64,000 bases of DNA, from the NCBI GenBank assembly GCA_951406725.2, contig OX597818.1, positions 28,148,001 through 28,212,000 of the forward strand, written 5' to 3'. Every line of letters begins with the position of its first letter. The stretch's first letter is position 1. The translations under genes and the position numbers were made by a program. This document shows positions 53,715-64,000 of this stretch, piece by piece. Origin of the DNA: Octopus vulgaris. Taxonomy: Eukaryota. The notes beneath the pieces were generated by a model, which did no database searches, was not told the origin of the DNA, and saw nothing but the letters and a program-made list of their open reading frames with translations.

Positions 53715-53756
53715 ATATGGATGGTGCTTACATTAATTATTCACAGAAACCTGGTA
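53715..53756 (+). CDS. Micro-exon C4 (diverged paralog): DMDGAYINYSQKPG
   Basis: tttcttaaAG / GTAAGT, 42 nt, open frame. Confidence 0.75.
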
Positions 53757-54266
53757 GTAAGTATATCAGTAATTCAATTATAAAATTACCTTCATTTGAG
53801 GAAGAGTTACCAAATATCTTGGTTCATTCTTTCTTTGAGTAGTATAGGCAGCATAATGTATGTCTTTTATTTTTTACTTGTTTCAGCCATTGAACTGTAA
53901 CTATGCTAAGGCACCACCTTGAAGGGTTTAGTCCAACATATCCACCTAAATACTTATTATTTTTAAGCTTAGTACTTATTCTATTGATTTCCTTTGCCAA
54001 ACCGCTAAGTTGTGTGAATGTGAACAAACTAACACTGCTTGTCATGTGGTGGTGGAAGACGAACATAAAAGCACACATATACTTCTGTATATATAGATAT
54101 ATATATATATGGACACATACATACACACACACATGTATGTGTGCATGTTTGTATGTGTGTGTTTGTGTGAGTGTATGTGTGTGCATGTGTCTGAGTCCAT
54201 CCCATTAGTCTTTATTCTCGTAGATTGAACACAATACATTTTAAATATTATTCTTATTTCTTAAAC

Positions 54267-54308
54267 ACATGGACGATGCCTATGTTGACATTTCAAAGAA
54301 ACCTGATA
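54267..54308 (+). pseudogene. Dead exon A5 (MDDAYVDISKKPD)
   Basis: Homologous to exon A but acceptor AG>AC and donor GTAAGT>CTATGT. Confidence 0.65.
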
Positions 54309-55423
54309 CTATGTATCTAAACAATCCTCTAATAAAATTACAATAATTAAAGAACAAGTTCATCTTTTCGTGTAATTTTAGTTTCTGTCAGAGGCTGTGA
54401 ACATACTGGGGTGGGGTAGGACTGCTGGCTTGTTTTCGACTCATTTTTCAGCTCTGTCACTGCAATCAGTTCTGGTGAAGTTAGCAAAAAATTTGCTCAT
54501 TCTTCCTATGCGTAAAATATATGGTTTAATTACATGTGTATGCAGATACTTAAATACAACATGGAAAATATTAGAATTCTACACAAAATTTGCAACATTA
54601 TTTACCCACATTGATTATCCAGCCAACAAATATTCCTTGTAGGCCTTAGATGTACAAGTCAACCAAGCAAAGATATAATTCACATTAAATTGACTCAAGC
54701 AAGATTAATTTCAATTAATTTCACTCAGGCAAGAGGCATAAAGTACGGAAGAGATTTGCAATGGTGAATATGTCACATTATAATCAGTTGTTCTCAGATA
54801 GCTTCAGCTTGAAAGTAATTATGCAAAATACCTTATTTCTCAAGCCATACTTTGGAATGGCTTTTTATGGTAACATGATCAATTTTAAATAACAACTAAA
54901 CTTTTGACTGGCAGAAATAGTATAATTAATAAAATAGTATAATTAATAAACTTGGCATTAATTAATTTAGGTCTAAACCTTTCTAACTCAAAGCATATAA
55001 GAGAAAATTTTATTTTGTGAACCACCCTGTATGCACTTTTATATAATTGCTCTAATAAGATTAGCAGTTTGATTATGGAATAAAATTTTGAATGCCAATT
55101 TACTGAAGAACTTTTCCTCCAAACACAAATTCTGAAATGACATTTTACCAGAATTACTCTTGTTTCCTTTAGTTCATAGAAAATGAATTTATTAGACAAT
55201 TCTTTTTTTTTTTCCCAACATATCAATGAGAGGATAAAGAATTCCTGCTGTACATTCAGCTTGGTTAGAATTCAAGTATTTATTTGTTTCTAAATATATG
55301 TGTGTATATATGGAATATACAATATGCTTTCCAATATTTTTAGTTACTTTCTGTGCAATATCAATATATTTAAATCATCCCCTCCAAACAATAAATATAC
55401 CTATTTTATGTAATTTCTTGAAG

Positions 55424-55483
55424 CTGTGAAAGATCAATATGCTGAAATGAGTCATCCCAGATATCTATGCATGAAAAAGCTAG
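55424..55483 (+). CDS. Micro-exon B5: TVKDQYAEMSHPRYLCMKKL
   Basis: gaAG acceptor, AG|GTACGT donor, 60 nt, open frame. Confidence 0.65.
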
Positions 55484-55902
55484 GTACGTATTATCACTAT
55501 TGTTAATACAAAACGTAATCTTAGAACAAAAATAGAAAGCTAACAATCATGAAAAATGTCACTCTTGAACTTTTGTCTGTTAATATATGCATACATGCAT
55601 GTATGTGTGTGAAAATGTTTAAGTCTATTTCATTAGTATTTCTTATGACAGTGTCAGCACAGTACTAACATAATTTAAATGTTATTTCTAGCAATGCTAT
55701 TTACTCTTTACACACACACACACACACATAGGTTAGTTGAGTTAGAGTTTAAGATAACCGTTTAAGGGATGGAAGTATCCATTACACTTCTGGTATATTA
55801 CCTATATTTAACTTTGGACATACATGAGCAAACATATTATGTTCATAAGTTATAGGTAAAGACAAGGATAAACATGGGTTTATCAAGAATCAAAATTTAA
55901 GT

Positions 55903-56454
55903 AAACGGAAAATGGAGAAGTATTGATTAACAACAATTGACTTATTTCAATTATTATTTATTAATTCAATGCACATAGACTGCATCCAATCTAATAGCTT
56001 TTTCTGCCTCCAATGTCATATGGTGTTGCCATTGATATTCAAAATATGTAAAAAATATCAATCATATTTGGTAATCAAACTGATCTGAAACAAGGAGCTT
56101 CATCATAGTGAAGAATAAATAGAGAAGAACAAAGGTAAAGTTGAATATGGTTGTAATCATAGCATTTTGCTTGTGTGCTTCCTTTGGCCGTTAAGTAAAG
56201 GGCTACAACCATATTCAACTTTACCCTTGTTCTTCTCGATGCTCTTCTTCTCTATTTATTTTCACTCTAATGAAGTTTCTTGTTTGGGATAGGTTTTATT
56301 ACCAAATATGATTAATATTTTAACATATTTTGAATATTAATGGCGATCCCATATAACATTGGAAGTAGAAACATCTGTTAGATGGGATGCAGTCTATTAG
56401 CATTGAATTAATAAATAATAATTGTTGTTAATCAGTACTTCTCCATTTTCTGTT
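55903..56454. repeat. Long imperfect inverted repeat (foldback)
   Basis: ~250-bp arms 55903-56155 and 56204-56454 with ~50-nt spacer. Confidence 0.9.
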
Positions 56455-56494
56455 TTCTTTACACACACACACACACATATATACATACATGTAT

Positions 56495-56750
56495 CATCAT
56501 CATCATCATCATCATCATCGTTTAACGTCCGTTTTCCGCGCTAGCACGGGTTGGACGGTTCGACCGGGGTCTGGGAAGCCAGGGGCCGCTCCAGGCTCCA
56601 GTCTGATTCTGGCAGAGTTTCTACGGCTGGATGCCCTTCCTAACGCCAACCACTCCGTGAGTGGATTGGGTGCTTTTACGTGCCACCTGCACAGGGGCCG
56701 GGGGGTCCGGCATCGGTCACGATCGGTTCGAGCTTTTAACGTGCCAGGGA
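56495..56750 (-). mobile_element. Young RTE 3' end
   Basis: (CAT)n tail plus sequence nearly the reverse complement of 52020-52232. Confidence 0.9.
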
Positions 56751-57263
56751 CACGGGGGCAACGGGATGCGGGGTAGAGTTGAGTTGGGGGGGGTCCAGCT
56801 GAGAAAGGTTTCACCAGTGAAAAGAGAGGGAGAGATAGTAAAGGGGTGCAGGTAATATAGGGGAGCACCAGTGGGGAAGGTTGGGGGAGGAGGAACGATG
56901 GCAGGAAGGGTTGGTGAAGGTTCGTAAGAAATATAAACGTAGGATGTGTATATATATATATGGGTAGGTGTGGGGAAGGTTTGGTGGGTAAGGAGGAACG
57001 ATGGCAGGAAGGGTTGGTGCAGGTTCGTAAGAAATAAAAACGTAGGATATTACGAGGCATGGAGGGGACTGGAAGGAGATAGTAGGATTGAGGCAGTGTC
57101 AGATTCAAAACAGGAGGAAGCGTAAGATCAGAGGGCGGTTGATGAGCTGAGACGCTAGCAGCTTGTCTTTTCTCAGTGAAAGCATATGAGGAGAAGGGGT
57201 AGGAAGGGGTGGTGGGGGAGGAGGAGGGAGTATCCGGTGTAGATGGTGAGAACAGTGTTCACC

Positions 57264-57695
57264 GGTATTGGTGGTATTGGCGGTGGGGGGGGTGGGTGGT
57301 ATTGGTGGGGGGTGGTATTGGTGGTGGTGAGGGTGGTATTGGTGGTGGGGGTGGTATTGGTGGTGGTGGTGGTATTGGTGGTGGTGGTATTGGTGGTGGT
57401 ATTGGTGGTGGTGGGGGTGGTATTGGTGGTGGGGGTGGTATTGGTGGTGGTGGTATTGGTGGTGGGGGTGGTATTGGTGGTGGGGGTGGTATTGGTATTG
57501 GTGGTGGGGGTGGTATTGGTGGTGGGGGTGGTATTGGTGGTGGGGGTGGTATTGGTGGTGGGGGTGGTATTGGTGGTGGGGGTGGTATTGGTGGTGGGGG
57601 TGGTATTGGTGGTGGGGGTGGTATTGGTGGTGGGGGTGGTATTGGTGGTGGGGGTGGTATTGGTGGTGGGGGTGGTATTGGTGGTGGGGGTGGGA
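57264..57695 (+). repeat. G-rich minisatellite (GGTGGTATTGGTGGTGGG)n
   Basis: Direct inspection. Confidence 0.95.
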
Positions 57696-57704
57696 GGGCG
57701 GGCG

Positions 57705-60700
57705 CACCGCGCAATGGGAGAAGATGAGATTTTTAGGCGGCAGAAAGAAAGACAGGATTTGAGATGGAATGCTTTGCGATCGTGTGCATAAGTTTCTATG
57801 AGTGGAAGTTGGGAAAAGATGGGTTAGAGAATTTAGCGACAGAAAGAAAGACCAAATTTGAGACGAGATGTTTTTGCGAAGTTTTTGTAAATGAAAGTTT
57901 ATATGCTTCAGCTAGCATTTGAGACGAAAGACAACGATAACGCCAATATATGGGGAAACAATAATAATAAGAAGGCTTGATGGTGATGATGATACTTGCA
58001 AAAACAATGAAAAGAAGGAACAGGACTTAGCTGATATTTTTCATCCTGCGTATTGGCTAAGCCTGTGGAAGCGAGTGAAGGCGAGATATATATACAGAGA
58101 GAGAGAGAGACAGTGATAACAGAGGGAGAAACCGACACCACATAGCGAGAGAGAGAGAGCGAGAGAGAGAGAGAGAGAGAGACATAGTGATAACAGAGGG
58201 ACAAAACGACACCGCGCAATGGGAGAAGATGAGATTTTTAGGCGGCAGAAAGAAAGACAGGATTTGAGATGGAATGCTTTGCGATCGTGTGCATAAGTTT
58301 CTATGAGTGGAAGTTGGGAAAAGATGGGTTAGAGAATTTAGCGACAGAAAGAAAGACCAAATTTGAGACGAGATGTTTTTGCGAAGTTTTTGTAAATGAA
58401 AGTTTATATGCTTCAGCTAGCATTTGAGACGAAAGACAACGATAACGCCAATATATGGGGAAACAATAATAATAAGAAGGCTTGATGGTGATGATGATAC
58501 TTGCAAAAACAATGAAAAGAAGGAACAGGACTTAGCTGATATTTTTCATCCTGCGTATTGGCTAAGCCTGTGGAAGCGAGTGAAGGCGAGATATATATAC
58601 AGAGAGAGAGAGAGACAGTGATAACAGAGGGAGAAACCGACACCACATAGCGAGAGAGAGAGAGCGAGAGAGAGAGAGAGAGAGACATAGTGATAACAGA
58701 GGGACAAAACGACACCGCGCAATGGGAGAAGATGAGATTTTTAGGCGGCAGAAAGAAAGACAGGATTTGAGATGGAATGCTTTGCGATCGTGTGCATAAG
58801 TTTCTATGAGTGGAAGTTGGGAAAAGATGGGTTAGAGAATTTAGCGACAGAAAGAAAGACCAAATTTGAGACGAGATGTTTTTGCGAAGTTTTTGTAAAT
58901 GAAAGTTTATATGCTTCAGCTAGCATTTGAGACGAAAGACAACGATAACGCCAATATATGGGGAAACAATAATAATAAGAAGGCTTGATGGTGATGATGA
59001 TACTTGCAAAAACAATGAAAAGAAGGAACAGGACTTAGCTGATATTTTTCATCCTGCGTATTGGCTAAGCCTGTGGAAGCGAGTGAAGGCGAGATATATA
59101 TACAGAGAGAGAGAGAGACAGTGATAACAGAGGGAGAAACCGACACCACATAGCGAGAGAGAGAGCGAGAGAGAGAGAGAGAGAGAGAGAGACATAGTGA
59201 TAACAGAGGGACAAAACGACACCGCGCAATGGGAGAAGATGAGATTTTTAGGCGGCAGAAAGAAAGACAGGATTTGAGATGGAATGCTTTGCGATCGTGT
59301 GCATAAGTTTCTATGAGTGGAAGTTGGGAAAAGATGGGTTAGAGAATTTAGCGACAGAAAGAAAGACCAAATTTGAGACGAGATGTTTTTGCGAAGTTTT
59401 TGTAAATGAAAGTTTATATGCTTCAGCTAGCATTTGAGACGAAAGACAACGATAACGCCAATATATGGGGAAACAATAATAATAAGAAGGCTTGATGGTG
59501 ATGATGATACTTGCAAAAACAATGAAAAGAAGGAACAGGACTTAGCTGATATTTTTCATCCTGCGTATTGGCTAAGCCTGTGGAAGCGAGTGAAGGCGAG
59601 ATATATATACAGAGAGAGAGAGAGACAGTGATAACAGAGGGAGAAACCGACACCACATAGCGAGAGAGAGAGAGCGAGAGAGAGAGAGAGAGAGACATAG
59701 TGATAACAGAGGGACAAAACGACACCGCGCAATGGGAGAAGATGAGATTTTTAGGCGGCAGAAAGAAAGACAGGATTTGAGATGGAATGCTTTGCGATCG
59801 TGTGCATAAGTTTCTATGAGTGGAAGTTGGGAAAAGATGGGTTAGAGAATTTAGCGACAGAAAGAAAGACCAAATTTGAGACGAGATGTTTTTGCGAAGT
59901 TTTTGTAAATGAAAGTTTATATGCTTCAGCTAGCATTTGAGACGAAAGACAACGATAACGCCAATATATGGGGAAACAATAATAATAAGAAGGCTTGATG
60001 GTGATGATGATACTTGCAAAAACAATGAAAAGAAGGAACAGGACTTAGCTGATATTTTTCATCCTGCGTATTGGCTAAGCCTGTGGAAGCGAGTGAAGGC
60101 GAGATATATATACAGAGAGAGAGAGAGACAGTGATAACAGAGGGAGAAACCGACACCACATAGCGAGAGAGAGAGAGCGAGAGAGAGAGAGAGAGAGACA
60201 TAGTGATAACAGAGGGACAAAACGACACCGCGCAATGGGAGAAGATGAGATTTTTAGGCGGCAGAAAGAAAGACAGGATTTGAGATGGAATGCTTTGCGA
60301 TCGTGTGCATAAGTTTCTATGAGTGGAAGTTGGGAAAAGATGGGTTAGAGAATTTAGCGACAGAAAGAAAGACCAAATTTGAGACGAGATGTTTTTGCGA
60401 AGTTTTTGTAAATGAAAGTTTATATGCTTCAGCTAGCATTTGAGACGAAAGACAACGATAACGCCAATATATGGGGAAACAATAATAATAAGAAGGCTTG
60501 ATGGTGATGATGATACTTGCAAAAACAATGAAAAGAAGGAACAGGACTTAGCTGATATTTTTCATCCTGCGTATTGGCTAAGCCTGTGGAAGCGAGTGAA
60601 GGCGAGATATATATACAGAGAGAGAGAGAGACAGTGATAACAGAGGGAGAAACCGACACCACATAGCGAGAGAGAGAGAGCGAGAGAGAGAGAGAGAGAG

Positions 60701-62544
60701 ACATAGTGATAACAGAGGGACAAAACGACACCGCGCAATGGGAGAAGATGAGATTTTTAGGCGGCAGAAAGAAAGACAGGATTTGAGATGGAATGCTTTG
60801 CGATCGTGTGCATAAGTTTCTATGAGTGGAAGTTGGGAAAAGATGGGTTAGAGAATTTAGCGACAGAAAGAAAGACCAAATTTGAGACGAGATGTTTTTG
60901 CGAAGTTTTTGTAAATGAAAGTTTATATGCTTCAGCTAGCATTTGAGACGAAAGACAACGATAACGCCAATATATGGGGAAACAATAATAATAAGAAGGC
61001 TTGATGGTGATGATGATACTTGCAAAAACAATGAAAAGAAGGAACAGGACTTAGCTGATATTTTTCATCCTGCGTATTGGCTAAGCCTGTGGAAGCGAGT
61101 GAAGGCGAGATATATATACAGAGAGAGAGAGAGACAGTGATAACAGAGGGAGAAACCGACACCACATAGCGAGAGAGAGAGAGCGAGAGAGAGAGAGAGA
61201 GGGACATAGTGATAACAGAGGGACAAAACGACACCGCGCAATGGGAGAAGATGAGATTTTTAGGCGGCAGAAAGAAAGACAGGATTTGAGATGGAATGCT
61301 TTGCGATCGTGTGCATAAGTTTCTATGAGTGGAAGTTGGGAAAAGATGGGTTAGAGAATTTAGCGACAGAAAGAAAGACCAAATTTGAGACGAGATGTTT
61401 TTGCGAAGTTTTTGTAAATGAAAGTTTATATGCTTCAGCTAGCATTTGAGACGAAAGACAACGATAACGCCAATATATGGGGAAACAATAATAATAAGAA
61501 GGCTTGATGGTGATGATGATACTTGCAAAAACAATGAAAAGAAGGAACAGGACTTAGCTGATATTTTTCATCCTGCGTATTGGCTAAGCCTGTGGAAGCG
61601 AGTGAAGGCGAGATATATATACAGAGAGAGAGAGAGACAGTGATAACAGAGGGAGAAACCGACACCACATAGCGAGAGAGAGAGAGCGAGAGAGAGAGAG
61701 AGAGAGAGACATAGTGATAACAGAGGGACAAAACGACACCGCGCAATGGGAGAAGATGAGATTTTTAGGCGGCAGAAAGAAAGACAGGATTTGAGATGGA
61801 ATGCTTTGCGATCGTGTGCATAAGTTTCTATGAGTGGAAGTTGGGAAAAGATGGGTTAGAGAATTTAGCGACAGAAAGAAAGACCAAATTTGAGACGAGA
61901 TGTTTTTGCGAAGTTTTTGTAAATGAAAGTTTATATGCTTCAGCTAGCATTTGAGACGAAAGACAACGATAACGCCAATATATGGGGAAACAATAATAAT
62001 AAGAAGGCTTGATGGTGATGATGATACTTGCAAAAACAATGAAAAGAAGGAACAGGACTTAGCTGATATTTTTCATCCTGCGTATTGGCTAAGCCTGTGG
62101 AAGCGAGTGAAGGCGAGATATATATACAGAGAGAGAGAGAGACAGTGATAACAGAGGGAGAAACCGACACCACATAGCGAGAGAGAGAGAGCGAGAGAGA
62201 GAGAGAGAGAGACATAGTGATAACAGAGGGACAAAACGACACCGCGCAATGGGAGAAGATGAGATTTTTAGGCGGCAGAAAGAAAGACAGGATTTGAGAT
62301 GGAATGCTTTGCGATCGTGTGCATAAGTTTCTATGAGTGGAAGTTGGGAAAAGATGGGTTAGAGAATTTAGCGACAGAAAGAAAGACCAAATTTGAGACG
62401 AGATGTTTTTGCGAAGTTTTTGTAAATGAAAGTTTATATGCTTCAGCTAGCATTTGAGACGAAAGACAACGATAACGCCAATATATGGGGAAACAATAAT
62501 AATAAGAAGGCTTGATGGTGATGATGATACTTGCAAAAACAATG
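57705..62544. repeat. Tandem array of a ~503-bp unit, ~9.6 copies
   Basis: Identical ORFs recur with periods of 503-507 bp; variation almost only in (GA)n length. Confidence 0.97.
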
Positions 62545-62702
62545 TATATATATATATATATGTATGTATGCATAGTTATGTATATATGTGTTTGTGTATG
62601 TGTGAGTTTGTCTAGTTGGTCTGTATTCTCGTAGTTTCAGTACAATACAAAATATTTTAAATATTATTTATAGCCATGAATTATAATCATTATTTTTTAA
62701 AA

Positions 62703-62742
62703 ACATGGATGATGCTATATTAACATTTCAAAGAAACCTGAT
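62703..62742 (+). pseudogene. Dead exon A6
   Basis: acatggatgatgctatattaacatttcaaagaaacctgat; acceptor AG lost and 1-nt deletion; upstream intron matches the pre-A intron. Confidence 0.6.
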
Positions 62743-62764
62743 GTAGTGTATTTTTTTTTTTTTT

Positions 62765-63150
62765 TTCTCTTTTACTTGTTTCAGTCATTTGACTGCGGCC
62801 ATGCTGGAGCACCGCCTTTTAGTCGAGCAACTCGACCCCGGGACTTATTCTTTTTATAAGCCCAGTACTTATTCTATCGGTCTCTTTTTGCCGAACCGCT
62901 AAGTGACAGGGACGTAAACACACCAGCATCGGTTGTCAAACAATGCTAGGGGGACAAACACAGACACACAAACACGCATATATACATATATACGACAGGC
63001 TTCTTTCAGTTTCCGTCTACCAAATCCACTCACAAGGCATTGGTCGGCCCGGGGCTATAGCAGAAGACACTTGCCCAAGATGCCAAGCAGTGGGACTGAA
63101 CCCGGAACCATGTGGTTGGTTAGCAAGCTACTTACCACACAGCCACTCCT
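62765..63150 (-). mobile_element. Full-length tRNA-derived SINE
   Basis: Minus head GGAGTGGCTGTGTGGTAAG...GGTTCAGTCCC; poly-T tract on + marks the tail. Confidence 0.85.
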
Positions 63151-63174
63151 GTATATAAGCAATTCTTTAAAAAA

Positions 63175-63351
63175 AGCTTTGTACTGACTTTAATGGTTTC
63201 CTTTTCCAAACTGTTAATTTCCACGGATATGAACAAACCCAACAAGAATGTGTGTGTCTTTGTGTTCAGGTCCCACCACCACTTGTTGGTTTGTTCAAAT
63301 CTGTGGAACTTAACAGTTTGGAAAAGAAACCATTAAAGTCAGTACAAAGCT
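63175..63351. repeat. Near-perfect hairpin (~72-bp arms)
   Basis: agctttgtactgactttaatggtttc...gaaaccattaaagtcagtacaaagct. Confidence 0.88.
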
Positions 63352-64000
63352 ATATATATATATATATATATATACATATATATGTACATTCATACATACA
63401 TACATTTATCCAGACAGATGATACAAAAAGGGACAAGAAAAAACAAGGATGACTCATTTGAAGTTTTCTTTCATCAGTCAAGATCTAGATTATCTTTGCA
63501 GTTTCAGCTGGTTATACTCGAAACTGCTCCAATTTGGCCTGCCCTAGGGGAAATCTAAGCTAAGAGCACTAAATTCCTTGGAAGCAAGCAGCAAATATAT
63601 ACAAAAACAAGGACAGAAAAAAATGGAGAAATGGTACACAATTACAAATGCAAACAACAGGACATTAACAACAGGTGTCTTTCAACTAAGAATGAATTAA
63701 ATTAAGCTGGTGTGTGTGGAAGTGAAGCCTTATGGCAGGGACATAAGAGATGACAGACCTGAGAAGGAATATAGATGTTGCACAGATGGTAGTTGAACCA
63801 AGAAAGAAAGGTCAGGCTTGGCTGAACACTGGTCACGTGGAGGCAGAGGGATAGAAGAATTAGGGAGGGATGAAAAGAAAAGAAAAGGGACAGAGTGAAA
63901 TGAAAGAGGAGGGAAGATGAGAAGGAAGGGAAGGCCGGGAAATGTGAGAGAGGGGGAGCAAAAGAAAGGAGAGTGGAAAGAATGAAGTGTGAAGAGAGTC

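Noticed and set aside
57105-57791. Gly-rich, Pro-rich and His-rich ORFs suggesting a structural or formin-like protein
   Set aside because: Stop-free minisatellite open on both strands; no convincing splice sites or flanking domains
57705-58210. Retrozyme or snRNA/5S array hypothesis
   Set aside because: No CUGANGA/GAAA core or recognisable snRNA/5S sequence seen on either strand
57919-62242. Repeated 65-aa and 100-aa ORFs as a tandem gene array
   Set aside because: Non-ATG starts, run into (GA)n, no recognisable domain; artefact of the tandem repeat

Overview
AT-rich, repeat-saturated eukaryotic genomic DNA. The RTE LINEs with (GAT)n tails, tRNA-headed SINEs and abundant microsatellites resemble a cephalopod (Octopus-like) genome; this assignment is inference. 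Most ORF-track hits are transposon debris or microsatellite artefacts. Recognisable elements are several RTE LINEs (with a PHD-like finger inside the RT), two Gypsy remnants, Penelope-like elements with degenerate hammerhead ribozymes, Tc1/mariner remnants and MITEs, Helitrons and SINEs. The main hidden signal is a + strand host gene segment at 31.3-62.7 kb that the ORF track misses. It consists of 13 intact and 2 dead symmetric phase-1 micro-exons (42/60/42 nt triplets) that splice in frame into a tandem array of tyrosine motifs (YGNI, YVN/YIN, YLCM, YAEM). The array was amplified by old ~2 kb and recent ~4.7 kb tandem duplications. Other notable structures are a VNTR-expanded LINE 3'UTR, a near-identical ~503-bp tandem array and long foldback hairpins.
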